A stretch of 64,000 bases of DNA from an uncultured Bacteroidales bacterium (GCA_937877455.1 CALFIU010000053.1:7589-71588), one strand, 5' to 3'. Counted from the first letter of the stretch, positions 20,371 through 30,051 are shown. Program-made: numbers and translations. The notes: generated by a model from the sequence alone, not told the origin.

Positions 20371-20416
20371 CATTGGAAAATTTATATTTAACTTTTTTGA
20401 AATAAATTTTCCAATG
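20371..20416. other. 15-bp-stem hairpin immediately flanking the tandem array
   Basis: Arms cattggaaaatttat / ataaattttccaatg with a 16-nt loop. The right arm runs directly into the first repeat unit. Confidence 0.6.
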
Positions 20417-20691
20417 TGCAAAATGGCGTTGCAGAATTGCACGGGCGTTTTGCACATGTGCAAAATGGCGTTGCAAAACTGCACGGGCGTTTTGCACATG
20501 TGCAAAATGGCGTTGCAAAACTGCACGAGCGTTTTGCACATGTGCAAAATGGCGTTGCAAAACTGCACGGACGTTTTGCACATGTTCAAAATGACGTTGC
20601 AAAATTGCACGGACATTTTGCACATGTGCAAAATGGCGTTGCAAAACTGCACGGATGATTTTGCACATGTGTAAATAGCATTGCAAAACTC
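20415..20691. repeat. Tandem array of about 6.5 copies of a 42-bp unit (TGTGCAAAATGGCGTTGCAAAACTGCACGGGCGTTTTGCACA)
   Basis: Units start at 20415, 20457, 20499, 20541, 20583 and 20625 (this one is 43 bp), with a partial unit at 20668-20691. The junctions form TTTTGCACATGTGCAAAA. No spacers are present. Confidence 0.95.
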
Positions 20692-21346
20692 AAAATAATA
20701 ACTTTCTATCGTCCCAACGAATCTGAATAATTGCTTTACCGTCTGCGAACATTTTACTTTCCAATATTCGTTATCGCTCAAACGTTTAATATTATCAGCA
20801 AAATATGACTCTTCCCTTGGTTCGGGATGAGAATTAAAGTACTGAGCAGTCCAATAAGCATTGTCGACAACATCAGAGTTAGAAACTTTCAACACCCCAA
20901 CACGCCCATCGTTTCCAATTGGAAAATCAAAACCCACCATTATTGATAATGTACTTGCTAACTGGACCATCAATATAACGCCCATCACCAAAGTTTTCTG
21001 TAACATCGCTAAGGTTTTGGCTCGAATTTGTAAGTCTAAGCGGTTTAAGTTCTTCGGTATAAACAACACCAGTATTGAAAATAAGTTTTGTTGCAATGTC
21101 AACAAGAACAGAATTTTTTAATCCTTTTATATTGTTGAGTTCCAAATTATTAAGTGTCAACGGATTTGTGCTTTCACCTTTAATATATTGTTTGTTAGAT
21201 CCGTTGAAAACTACTTTGGCAGTATTAGGATTAAATTGCCCACCGTCGAAAATAAAATCGCCAACTATATTCCAAATTTGATTAACAACATCTACTTCGG
21301 CATTGTCTTTAATAACAACTCGGCATTGAAAATAATTTCTTTGTTG
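20692..21346 (-). pseudogene. Decayed 3' continuation of the giant surface-protein gene
   Basis: The same reading frame stays open for 139 codons after the TAG at 21347-21349. A frameshift near 20931-20946 (aataatggtgggttttgatttt) then leads into a frame encoding FDFPIGNDGRVGVLKVSN...NEYWKVK. This repeats the FLFPLGTEGKYTPALLNISS...YYWTIK module of the intact part. Confidence 0.6.
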
Positions 21347-24300
21347 CTACCCACTACCTATAAACTCAACATTATTAAATTCTTTTAAATCGCCAAACAC
21401 ACCATAATTGCTACTACCAGCAAAAACAAATGTACCACCGTCGGCACTTACAAAATCTGTATAAGAACCTTCTGCAAATACACAATTGTCGGTAAAAGTA
21501 ATGCGTCCAATACCAGAAACATTTCCTAAATAATGTTTGTTATCGTCCATAAGAATGTTTCCATCTTCAGAATCTATATAAGTACGCAAATTACTAATTT
21601 TAAGATAGTTGGCACGATCTCCACTATTAATAGTAACAGCATGGCGAACAAACACCGATGCTCCATCAAGAGGAACTTCGTGAATTAGTTCTCCATCAGC
21701 GTCATACTTATATTTTTGAGTAGCGGGATTGCAAAGAACCCAAGTATCAGCATCATGCCATTCTCCAGTTTGATAAGTAACATAAGAAGAAATTCTATCG
21801 GGAATAGCACCTATACCTTTTGGATCGAGTAAAGAAGCATCTTCTTTACTATTTTGACATACGCCAGCAGTATAAGCTCTCGAAAGTTGTTCGTCGTTAA
21901 AACCATCAAACTTAAATGTAAGTGTTTTATTTTCAGAACTATAAATATTACCTGTTGAAAAATCAACATATTTATTCCAATCAACTTCTCTATCCAACAA
22001 TTTGGCACAGATATAATTATCTTCCAAGGTATATCCATGGTCATTATCAGTAAAAGCATCACCATCGGCATGAGTAAACGTTACATCACCTATAAGCGAC
22101 GACATTCCAGATGATTTTATAGTCCAATAATACTGTAAAGCGTTTTTGGTATCATCAAACAAATAATCTTCGTCGGTGTCATCAATTATTGCAGGATAAA
22201 GTTTGTTGTGAGGACAAAGAGTAAGTTCTGCTCCATCATCAACCGACGAAATATTTAGCAAAGCGGGTGTATATTTTCCTTCGGTTCCCAAAGGGAACAA
22301 AAACTCTTCATCCGAAAAACCAGTAGCAAATACTTTGGTAACGCCGTTGGTTAAATATGATTCGGAAAATTTAACCATCTTATCAACACCAAAATCGTTA
22401 CCTTCAAAAACAGCATTACCGTTGAGTTTTAGAATATTATCGTCAAGTGAAAGTACGCCAACAGAAAGATTTAGTGATTTTTCTATAATCAATGGGTTGT
22501 TGGTACTTTTAACAAAAGCACCAGCAGCATTATCAAGAGTGATTTTTCCATTAACACCCGACGATATAATTTCTTGAGCATCAATGCCATTGAGATAAAT
22601 ACCTTTGCCAACACCAATGCCATTATAAGAATAAACACCATCGTTTTGGTAAGTACCAAGTACTTTTATATTACTATCTTCAGAAACGAGAGTATTTTTT
22701 TCTCCGATATTCAAAAGATTTTCAACAACAATATCGTTAGTAACATTTACAGTAGCAGAGTTGCTAAGTTTAGCAATATAAAAACTTGGCGAACCAGTAA
22801 CTATTTGATTAGAACCTGCAAAGTTGAAAACATCAGCTTCGGAACTATTGTGATTTAAACTTCCACCACTAACCAAATCAAAATTGCCATAAAGATTAAC
22901 GTTACGACCATTTTGGTTAAAAACAGCATTATTATTAATAGTTAAATCGCCATAAATGGTTAAATAGTTGGTCAAACAACTCAATTTGCTTGCGTTATTT
23001 ATAGTTATGCTTGGGGTCAGTGCGATAGAATTAATTGTAGTGGAGATATTATTGTTATCTGTACCTATCTGAAATACAGCACCTTGCGCATAATTAGTGT
23101 TTGTATAAGACATTTGCATAGAAATATCAGCAAGAGAATTATCACCAAGTGATTTTCCAATAATAATCTTAGAGTTTTTAGCCATGTCAATATGGCTATT
23201 AGCAGTAAGAGAAAAAATTCCTACAGATGAATTAATATCGCCACAAGAATTTGTTCCAACAGAAAGGATTGAACCCTCGTTAAGAATATTCAATTCTAAC
23301 GAACCTGACGAAGATGGAGATTGAGTCAATTGAGTAGCAATAGTAAACTCTGCATCTTGTTGATTTACGACAGCTTTGTCTCCTTTATAAAAAATATGAC
23401 CATTAATATTCCATTTACTTCCACTATTGGCATTAAGAACACCAGCGAGAGTAACACCAGATGAACAACCTGTAGCAAAAATAGTTACACCATTATTCAC
23501 TGTAACAATAGCATCTTCTGGAACATAAAAATCTTCTCCTGCTGTTGTAATCGGAACATTTTGACCATCAACATCAAAAATAACTTCACCACTCTGCATT
23601 ACGAGAGTTTTATTATCTGTTGCATTAGAAGCAAGTGAATTATCAAAATTAACAGCAACATCAGAAAGTTTTATATAACTTTCTGGCTCTTTGTTGATAA
23701 CCATATCAGTAGAATTGTCTTTATATCCAGCTGTATAATCGCCAGACAATAAATTTTGACTATCTTCACAATTGTTAAAAATTATAGTATTTGAAGAAAC
23801 GCCATTAGTAGTATAAGTAGAAGAATCTCCCTTAGTTTTATACCCTGAAATAGTTGTACTGTCTTCTTTATATAGTGTTAAATTACTCGTACCTGAAGAA
23901 TAAAGTGTAATATTACCTTTATTTGTAGCACCCGATGAAGTTATATTCAAATTGCCTTGCAACTCAATATCATAGTTTCCACAATTAACCGAACCTCCGT
24001 CTTCAACATCAAGAGAATTTTGAACGATTAAGTCAGTTTGAAAATTAATTGATTTTTCAACAGTTAAGTTCCATAGAGCAATGGTAGTTTTAAAATTACC
24101 ATCATAAGTACATTTTACAATAGTACCAATTACATCACTAATACAAGTAAGAGTAAGGGCTCGTAAAAGATTAACCACACCATCTTTTGCACTATAAGTA
24201 GCATCGGAAGATGACAATTCAATAGTTTCAACGTTTAGAGTACCAGAAATTTGCGAAAATTTACCACTTCCCAAACTACACATCAATTTTGTTACATCTG

Positions 24301-25303
24301 CCTGACCACCAGATATTTCAAATGTTCCACCATTTAAAGTAATAGTGTCGACGGTAAGAGTTCCATTAACAACCGACAAAAGACCTTTTACAACAGCATT
24401 AGATTCGGCAATTGAAATTTTACCGTTGTTAACCTCAAGACCAGCATCTTCTGCAATAGCATCTCCAATAGAAAAATTATCGAGATAAATATTAGAACCC
24501 GCCACAAGTGTACCACTTGTTAGTGTAATTTTTGTACTCGAAAAATTTGAAGACTTATCAGCTACAAGACCTACTCTCCTATTTTGAGCACCTCTATTAA
24601 CTATAATGTTGCCAAATTGAGAAACTCCATCAAGAGTAACAACTTGTTCGACATCTGATGTACCTGCAAAAGTAAATGCAAGGGTAGAACCTGTTATAGA
24701 GCCTTCGTTTTTTAAACTACCATGCAAAGTAATTGTTCCAGAACCAGTTAAAACCGCTCCTTCGCTAATAGTAATGTCGCCATAAACTACCAAATCTTTA
24801 GAAATATTTAGCGTACCTTTCTCAATTTTAAGATAACCATTAATAGTGGTATTTTGCGACAATGTAACAACATTAGCATCATCATTTAGATTAACAAAAA
24901 GATTGTTAACCGAAGTGTGTGTAAATGTGTATGAATTTCCTTTCAAAACCGTATTACCAACGAAATTGTCGGTAGATGAAGTAGGGTAGCTATCACCATA
25001 AAGTTGTAAAGACGTATTTGCTTCGCCTTCAAATGTATTAACGGTTAGACTTCCCGTCTCAATAGATAAAATTCCGTTTGTTATATTAACATAATTGGCT
25101 TCAACAGCCGAAGTAATGGTTATTGTTTTATTTTCTGATATAACAACATCAGAAATACTTGTAGGAACAGAATTGCTACTCCAAGTTGATGCGTCATTCC
25201 AATTACCATCTATATAAGCACTAATAGTTTGCGCAGAACACAAACGAACTGTAGAAAGAATAACTGCTATCAAATATATATATATTCTAAATACTATTTT
25301 CAT
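21347..25303 (-). CDS. Giant secreted surface protein (beta-helix/adhesin-like, Asn/Ser/Thr/Gly-rich)
   Basis: 1318-aa ORF with a signal peptide (…STVRLCSAQ) and an N-terminal GNWNDASTWS…VP…DVVI motif common in large Bacteroidota surface proteins. No recognisable T9SS C-terminal domain is present. The ORF ends at an in-frame TAG. Confidence 0.7.
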   Translation of the reverse strand: MKIVFRIYIYLIAVILSTVRLCSAQTISAYIDGNWNDASTWSSNSVPTSISDVVISENKTITITSAVEANYVNITNGILSIETGSLTVNTFEGEANTSLQLYGDSYPTSSTDNFVGNTVLKGNSYTFTHTSVNNLFVNLNDDANVVTLSQNTTINGYLKIEKGTLNISKDLVVYGDITISEGAVLTGSGTITLHGSLKNEGSITGSTLAFTFAGTSDVEQVVTLDGVSQFGNIIVNRGAQNRRVGLVADKSSNFSSTKITLTSGTLVAGSNIYLDNFSIGDAIAEDAGLEVNNGKISIAESNAVVKGLLSVVNGTLTVDTITLNGGTFEISGGQADVTKLMCSLGSGKFSQISGTLNVETIELSSSDATYSAKDGVVNLLRALTLTCISDVIGTIVKCTYDGNFKTTIALWNLTVEKSINFQTDLIVQNSLDVEDGGSVNCGNYDIELQGNLNITSSGATNKGNITLYSSGTSNLTLYKEDSTTISGYKTKGDSSTYTTNGVSSNTIIFNNCEDSQNLLSGDYTAGYKDNSTDMVINKEPESYIKLSDVAVNFDNSLASNATDNKTLVMQSGEVIFDVDGQNVPITTAGEDFYVPEDAIVTVNNGVTIFATGCSSGVTLAGVLNANSGSKWNINGHIFYKGDKAVVNQQDAEFTIATQLTQSPSSSGSLELNILNEGSILSVGTNSCGDINSSVGIFSLTANSHIDMAKNSKIIIGKSLGDNSLADISMQMSYTNTNYAQGAVFQIGTDNNNISTTINSIALTPSITINNASKLSCLTNYLTIYGDLTINNNAVFNQNGRNVNLYGNFDLVSGGSLNHNSSEADVFNFAGSNQIVTGSPSFYIAKLSNSATVNVTNDIVVENLLNIGEKNTLVSEDSNIKVLGTYQNDGVYSYNGIGVGKGIYLNGIDAQEIISSGVNGKITLDNAAGAFVKSTNNPLIIEKSLNLSVGVLSLDDNILKLNGNAVFEGNDFGVDKMVKFSESYLTNGVTKVFATGFSDEEFLFPLGTEGKYTPALLNISSVDDGAELTLCPHNKLYPAIIDDTDEDYLFDDTKNALQYYWTIKSSGMSSLIGDVTFTHADGDAFTDNDHGYTLEDNYICAKLLDREVDWNKYVDFSTGNIYSSENKTLTFKFDGFNDEQLSRAYTAGVCQNSKEDASLLDPKGIGAIPDRISSYVTYQTGEWHDADTWVLCNPATQKYKYDADGELIHEVPLDGASVFVRHAVTINSGDRANYLKISNLRTYIDSEDGNILMDDNKHYLGNVSGIGRITFTDNCVFAEGSYTDFVSADGGTFVFAGSSNYGVFGDLKEFNNVEFIGSG

Positions 25304-25335
25304 ATTTTCGATTAAATCAATGATTTACCAAGAAA

Positions 25336-25343
25336 CAAATATA
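25336..25343 (-). promoter_or_regulatory. -7 box TAnnTTTG (tatatttg) for the giant gene
   Basis: Exact motif on the minus strand, 33 nt upstream of the ATG at 25303. Confidence 0.4.
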
Positions 25344-25573
25344 CAAAATTTGCACCATCTAAAAAGACATAACAAAAAATTTAATAATTGTTTAATATTC
25401 CACATAATCGACTAAATTTCAATATTTTGACAACACAATTATGGTATCAAAAAAATAAACTCTTTTTATTTATACAAAAAAATTAAAAAAAAGATAGCAA
25501 ATTAATGAAAATAAAAAATAATTTTTTTAGAAAATTAAAGAAAAGAGAAAATATATACTTTACAAAAAAACAA

Positions 25574-25601
25574 CCCCGTACATCAATTTTGATATACGAG
25601 G
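25574..25601 (-). terminator. Terminator hairpin after the LD-carboxypeptidase gene
   Basis: 7-bp stem including one G-U pair, followed on the minus strand by ttgttttttt. Confidence 0.4.
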
Positions 25602-25620
25602 CAAAGCAAACCAAAAAGAA

Positions 25621-26703
25621 TTATAATTGTGGCTTAAAATTATATTTTAATTCAGCACCATTTTCTGTAACGGTAAGCGTAACAGGCGCACCTTCAATAA
25701 AAGGTAGTTTGTTAGTGGAATGTCCTGCAGGAAAACCACAACATATAGGAATATTTCTACCTGCAAAGTACTCTGTTACAAGTTCTTCTACCGACGAATA
25801 ACCTAAATCTGCTGAACAATCACTAAAAGCACCAAGTATAATTCCCTTTACATTATCAATAACTCCATGAAGTGCAAGTATATTCATCATACGGTCGATG
25901 TTGTGAAACGATTCTCCAACCTCTTCAATAAAAAGAATAACATTATCCGCCGAGGTAAAATCGAATCCCGAACCTACCAAAGGCGTAAACGTTGCAAAAT
26001 TTCCTCCAACCAACACCCCCTCGGCTGTACCAACTTTGTTGTTTTTATGCGCTGAAATATTATAATCTGGCAAAGTTCCGAAAAGCAATTCTTTAAGTTT
26101 CAATGTGTTATCAGAAGTTGGCTCTGATGCAATAAAAGACGACATTGTACCATGAATACTCATTACACCTGCCCTAACCGAAGCCGCATGTAGCGTTGTA
26201 ATGTCGCTAAATCCAACCATCCATTTTGGATATGTATTATAAACCGAAAGCGGAATTTCGTCAAGAATTTGTATAACACCATAACCACCTCTATTACATA
26301 TTATTGCCTTTACATTGGGATTTTGGTATGCCCATAACAAATCGGCACGACGTTCGTCAGGAGTACCTGCATATTTATTTTTATAAATATTGTTGCTATT
26401 GTAACCAATAAGCGGCACAAGTCCCCAAGTTTTAACAATTTCTGCCGTAGCATTAACATTTTCAATGTCGGTTTGATACGCAGGAGAAAGCAAAACTATA
26501 GTATCACCTTCAACCAAAAACGGAGGAGCAATACATTCGAGATGTGTTTGAGGGTCGGGATGTACAACAGTAACTGACGGTGGTGTATAATTTTCGGTGG
26601 TTTGTGTTACCGAATTGTCGGGTTGTGGTTCATCGTCTTTGTCGCGATGACAAGCCGAAACAAGCACCGATAATAATAAAAAAATATAACTAATTTTTTT
26701 CAT
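25621..26703 (-). CDS. LD-carboxypeptidase (peptidase S66, LdcA/MccF-like) lipoprotein
   Basis: Lipobox (LVSAC), the S66 nucleophile region GFSDITTLH, and a C-terminal GFPAGH motif. Confidence 0.8.
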   Translation of the reverse strand: MKKISYIFLLLSVLVSACHRDKDDEPQPDNSVTQTTENYTPPSVTVVHPDPQTHLECIAPPFLVEGDTIVLLSPAYQTDIENVNATAEIVKTWGLVPLIGYNSNNIYKNKYAGTPDERRADLLWAYQNPNVKAIICNRGGYGVIQILDEIPLSVYNTYPKWMVGFSDITTLHAASVRAGVMSIHGTMSSFIASEPTSDNTLKLKELLFGTLPDYNISAHKNNKVGTAEGVLVGGNFATFTPLVGSGFDFTSADNVILFIEEVGESFHNIDRMMNILALHGVIDNVKGIILGAFSDCSADLGYSSVEELVTEYFAGRNIPICCGFPAGHSTNKLPFIEGAPVTLTVTENGAELKYNFKPQL

Positions 26704-26867
26704 GTAATTATTTCAATGATAAAAAAAAATAAATTAACGTGGTCTAAAATTTGCTTTTTCTGCGTTGTATTTCAATCATTTACAATCAGTAATCTACGCT
26801 TTTTCGATTTCATACGCCTTGAAAAATCTAATTTTTAGAACTTCCCTTAACAAGTTGACACAAAAAA

Positions 26868-27524
26868 CTATATCTCCACTACAGGATTTTTTAAACTTTC
26901 AACAGCCTTGGCATAGTCGGCTGCAGCAAATACATAACTACCCGCAACAAGCACATCGGTACCTGCGACAACAAGTTCTCGTGCGTTTTTATCAGTAACA
27001 CCACCATCAACCTCAATAAGAGCCTTACTATTTTTTTTCAAAATAAGTTCTTTACAACGGCGAATTTTATCGTAACTATTCTCTATAAACTTTTGTCCAC
27101 CATATCCTGGATTAACTGTCATAATAAGCACCATATCAACATCACCTACAATCTCCTCAAGCAAAGAAACTGGAGTATGCGGATTGAGTGCTACACCACA
27201 TTTTACACCAAGATTTTTTACCTGCCATACAAGACGATGAAGATGAGTTGCAGCCTCATAATGCACAGTAACAACGTTAGCACCAGCCTTAACAAAACCT
27301 TCAACATAATTTTGTGGGTTTTGAATCATAAGATGCACATCTAAAGGAATTTGAGCATGTTTTTTTACCGCCGCTACAATAGGCAGACCAAATGAAATGT
27401 TTGGAACAAATGTTCCGTCCATTACATCAATATGTATCCAATCGGCACATTTATTAAGCCTTTTGGTTTCCGCTTCCAAGTTAGCATGGTCAGCGGCCAA
27501 TATTGACGGAGATACTAATACCAT
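26868..27524 (-). CDS. rpe: Ribulose-phosphate 3-epimerase
   Basis: SPSILAADHANL…IHIDVMDGTFVPNISFG…MTVNPGYGGQKF, 218 aa. Confidence 0.95.
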   Translation of the reverse strand: MVLVSPSILAADHANLEAETKRLNKCADWIHIDVMDGTFVPNISFGLPIVAAVKKHAQIPLDVHLMIQNPQNYVEGFVKAGANVVTVHYEAATHLHRLVWQVKNLGVKCGVALNPHTPVSLLEEIVGDVDMVLIMTVNPGYGGQKFIENSYDKIRRCKELILKKNSKALIEVDGGVTDKNARELVVAGTDVLVAGSYVFAAADYAKAVESLKNPVVEI

Positions 27525-27568
27525 ATTTTATTTTTTTCAAATTTTTACAGTATGCAAAAACTTAAATA

Positions 27569-27609
27569 ACATAAAATACGAGAACATCATAAACTCTCGT
27601 ATTTTATGT
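27569..27609 (-). terminator. Terminator of the GH3 gene
   Basis: Perfect 15-bp stem acataaaatacgaga / tctcgtattttatgt. The downstream sequence on the minus strand is T-rich. Confidence 0.6.
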
Positions 27610-27653
27610 CATTTTTTTAAGCAGTTGAAAAATAAACCTACTATTCAAGTTTT

Positions 27654-30017
27654 TTAGTTTATTTCAATAGAACAACTCTTAACATTATCGCTGCTATTTC
27701 CAACCATAATGGTAAATGTTCCGGGTTCAAAAACTTTTCGCAAACTTTGGTCGTAATACATAAAATTGTTTTTAACCAACTGAAAACTAATAGTTTTTGA
27801 CTCGCCAGCCTTTAAATATACTTTTTGAAAGCCACGCAATTCTTTAACAGGACGCACTGACGAAGAAAAATCGTCGTGAATATAAAGTTGGACTGTTTCG
27901 CAACCATCAACAGAACTTACATTTTTAACATCCACCAAAACCTCAACTATTTCGTCTGATGAATAAATATCCCTATCAACTCTTGGTGTTGAAATATCAA
28001 ATTTAGAATAACTCAAACCAAATCCAAACGGATAAAGACAATGTTCTTCTTCATAAACATAACTACGATAACGGCTCGGTTTCATGTTGTAATAACATGG
28101 CAATGAGCCAGCAGAGTGAGGAATTGATACCGAAAGATGACCTTCAAAATTATATTTTCCAAAAATAACGTCAGCCACGGCATTACCACATTCTTGACCA
28201 AGGTAAAAACATTGCACAAGAGCATCAGACTTATCGGCAACTGGTTTTATGTTAAGTGGACGCCCACCAAATATAAGTGTAACAACAGGTTTGCCAAGAG
28301 CTTTAATTTTTTCAGCAAGTAAATTTTGACGACCAAGTAAATTAATATCATCGCGGTCGCCACGATGGTTCTCACCCCAAGCCTCACGACTAAACGAAAC
28401 CGTTTCACCAACACAAAGTACAACAACATCGGCATTTCGCGCTACATTAACAGCCTCATTTATAAGTTTTTCGTCGCTTTTAGCATCATTAGGAACTTGA
28501 TTGTCGTTTTGCCAAAAAGCACCTGGAGTTGTGGCTATTTTACAACCTTCGGCATAAGAAACTTTTATACCTTTTGGTTCGCAAAAATTTTTAATACCTT
28601 CGTAAACAGAAACACCTTGAACAACAGGCTCTGCAGTATATCCACCATAATCAAGGCTATTAGCATTTGGACCAATAACAGCTATACGCTTAACTTTTGA
28701 CGAATCCAACGGAAGCATTGGAGCATCTTTTACATCAGAATTTTTTAACAACACCATAGTTTTGCGTGCTGTTTCACGTGCTAAATCTTTATGAGCCTGA
28801 CAATTGGTTATCTTATTCATATAATCAATATCGGCAAGAGAATCGTTTGTAAAAAGACCAAGTTTATATTTAAGCACCAACAAATATTCCAATGCCTTGT
28901 CGATTGTTCGTTCAGAAATTTTATTTTCTCTAACAGAATTTTCAAGCAACTGAAATGTGCCTTTAGCCCAAATAATATCAATGTTAATACCAGCCGTAAT
29001 TGCCATTTCTGCAGCCTCTTGTAAATTTTTTGCAATAGAATTTACAGTATGCATAACATCAATAGCGTTTTGATCCGATACAATCAAACCGTTGAATTTC
29101 AACCTTTTACGTAGAATATCTTGCAACAACCATTTATTAACAGTAACAGGCATATCGCATACATCGTTGTAAGCAGGCATCACAGCAGCAGCACCAGCAT
29201 CTACTGCCATTTCAAATGGTAGCAAGTGGTTGTTTAGCAAATCATTGGCAGAACCAGTATAAGCAGCAACATTTCTGCCTCCTTCTACTTGACCATGCCC
29301 AACGTAATGTTTTAAAGTTGCAGCCATATAAAGGCTTCCATCGGATTTTTGCTGTTGAAAATTTCTAACAGCGGTGCTACCAAGGCTTCCACATAAAAAT
29401 GGATCCTCAGAATACATTTCCTCAATGCGTCCAAAACGCGCATCACGAGCTAAATCCAAAATAGGCGAAAAAAGCAAACTAATTCCACGCGCATGTGCTT
29501 CAAGTGCCGTTGCTCTATAAACTTTTCCAAGTTGAACAGTATCCCAAGAACAACCAAGAGCAATGGCCTGTGGATAAACAGTTGTTCCCATCGACATCAA
29601 TCCGTGAAGTCCCTCACCAATATATATACAAGGAATAGGATGCGGAATGGTTTTATGATATTCTTTTAGAGAATTTACTTGACGAGTATATTTCTCTTGC
29701 GGAGCATCAGCAAAATCAACATTCATCATCCCCATTCCGTATGGATAGTATTTTCTTAATGTATCAAAATTAAGATTACCTTGCTCATCAGAAGCCGCTT
29801 TTATAACCAAAAGACTACCAGATTGCAATTGAGCAAGTTTTTCTTTAATTGATAGTTGTCCAATAATTTTTCGCGCATTAATAATTGCATCTTTTTCCAA
29901 ATCAGAAACAACTATATCATTATCGTTGTCGGATTCTTTGGGTTGCTGCACCGACGAACACGAAGCAATAATTGCTGCAGCGGTAAAAGCAAGTGTGGAT
30001 TTAAAAAATGATGTCAT
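27654..30017 (-). CDS. Glycoside hydrolase family 3 (beta-glucosidase/BglX-like) lipoprotein
   Basis: 787 aa with a lipobox (IIASCSS), a GH3 N-domain (…GLIVSDQNAI…), a C-terminal domain and an Fn3-like tail. Confidence 0.85.
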   Translation of the reverse strand: MTSFFKSTLAFTAAAIIASCSSVQQPKESDNDNDIVVSDLEKDAIINARKIIGQLSIKEKLAQLQSGSLLVIKAASDEQGNLNFDTLRKYYPYGMGMMNVDFADAPQEKYTRQVNSLKEYHKTIPHPIPCIYIGEGLHGLMSMGTTVYPQAIALGCSWDTVQLGKVYRATALEAHARGISLLFSPILDLARDARFGRIEEMYSEDPFLCGSLGSTAVRNFQQQKSDGSLYMAATLKHYVGHGQVEGGRNVAAYTGSANDLLNNHLLPFEMAVDAGAAAVMPAYNDVCDMPVTVNKWLLQDILRKRLKFNGLIVSDQNAIDVMHTVNSIAKNLQEAAEMAITAGINIDIIWAKGTFQLLENSVRENKISERTIDKALEYLLVLKYKLGLFTNDSLADIDYMNKITNCQAHKDLARETARKTMVLLKNSDVKDAPMLPLDSSKVKRIAVIGPNANSLDYGGYTAEPVVQGVSVYEGIKNFCEPKGIKVSYAEGCKIATTPGAFWQNDNQVPNDAKSDEKLINEAVNVARNADVVVLCVGETVSFSREAWGENHRGDRDDINLLGRQNLLAEKIKALGKPVVTLIFGGRPLNIKPVADKSDALVQCFYLGQECGNAVADVIFGKYNFEGHLSVSIPHSAGSLPCYYNMKPSRYRSYVYEEEHCLYPFGFGLSYSKFDISTPRVDRDIYSSDEIVEVLVDVKNVSSVDGCETVQLYIHDDFSSSVRPVKELRGFQKVYLKAGESKTISFQLVKNNFMYYDQSLRKVFEPGTFTIMVGNSSDNVKSCSIEIN

Positions 30018-30051
30018 AGAGTATAATTTTTATGTGTAATTTAGTTATTAA

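Noticed and set aside
20363-20686. ORFs running through the array (20363..20686 -, 20414..20674 +, 20416..20658 +, and the C-terminal part of 20368..21105 -) as protein-coding genes
   Set aside because: Four overlapping frames are open only because the unit lacks stop codons. Variation is not biased to synonymous positions, and the conserved part is the palindrome. There is no start context or promoter.
20415-20691. CRISPR array interpretation of the repeats
   Set aside because: The units are directly abutting at a 42-bp period with no unique spacers, and no cas genes are in the window. It is a tandem repeat and not a repeat-spacer array.
20415-20691. DnaA-box cluster or oriC-like region (TGTGCAAAA versus the DnaA box TGTGGATAA)
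   Set aside because: There are two mismatches per box, including core positions. No dnaA/dnaN neighbourhood or adjacent AT-rich unwinding element is evident. The resemblance is too weak to claim.
21347-21349. TAG reassignment or an alternative genetic code explaining the in-frame stop in the giant gene
   Set aside because: TAG cleanly terminates several well-defined genes in the same window, for example 3757..5688, 10337..11071 and 32432..33406. The standard code 11 therefore applies.
25505-25801. 98-aa plus-strand ORF in the region between the giant gene and the ldcA-like gene
   Set aside because: Its first part is poly-K/N from AT-rich intergenic DNA, and the rest is antisense to the LD-carboxypeptidase C-terminus. 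It has no supporting motif.
26803-26850. A further full copy of the palindromic element between the ldcA-like gene and rpe (gatttcatacg… and aacttccct similarities to 16811-16834)
   Set aside because: Only short AT-rich matches in a different order are present. Apart from the 12-mer aaattaacgtgg at 26734-26745, the similarity is within chance for this composition.
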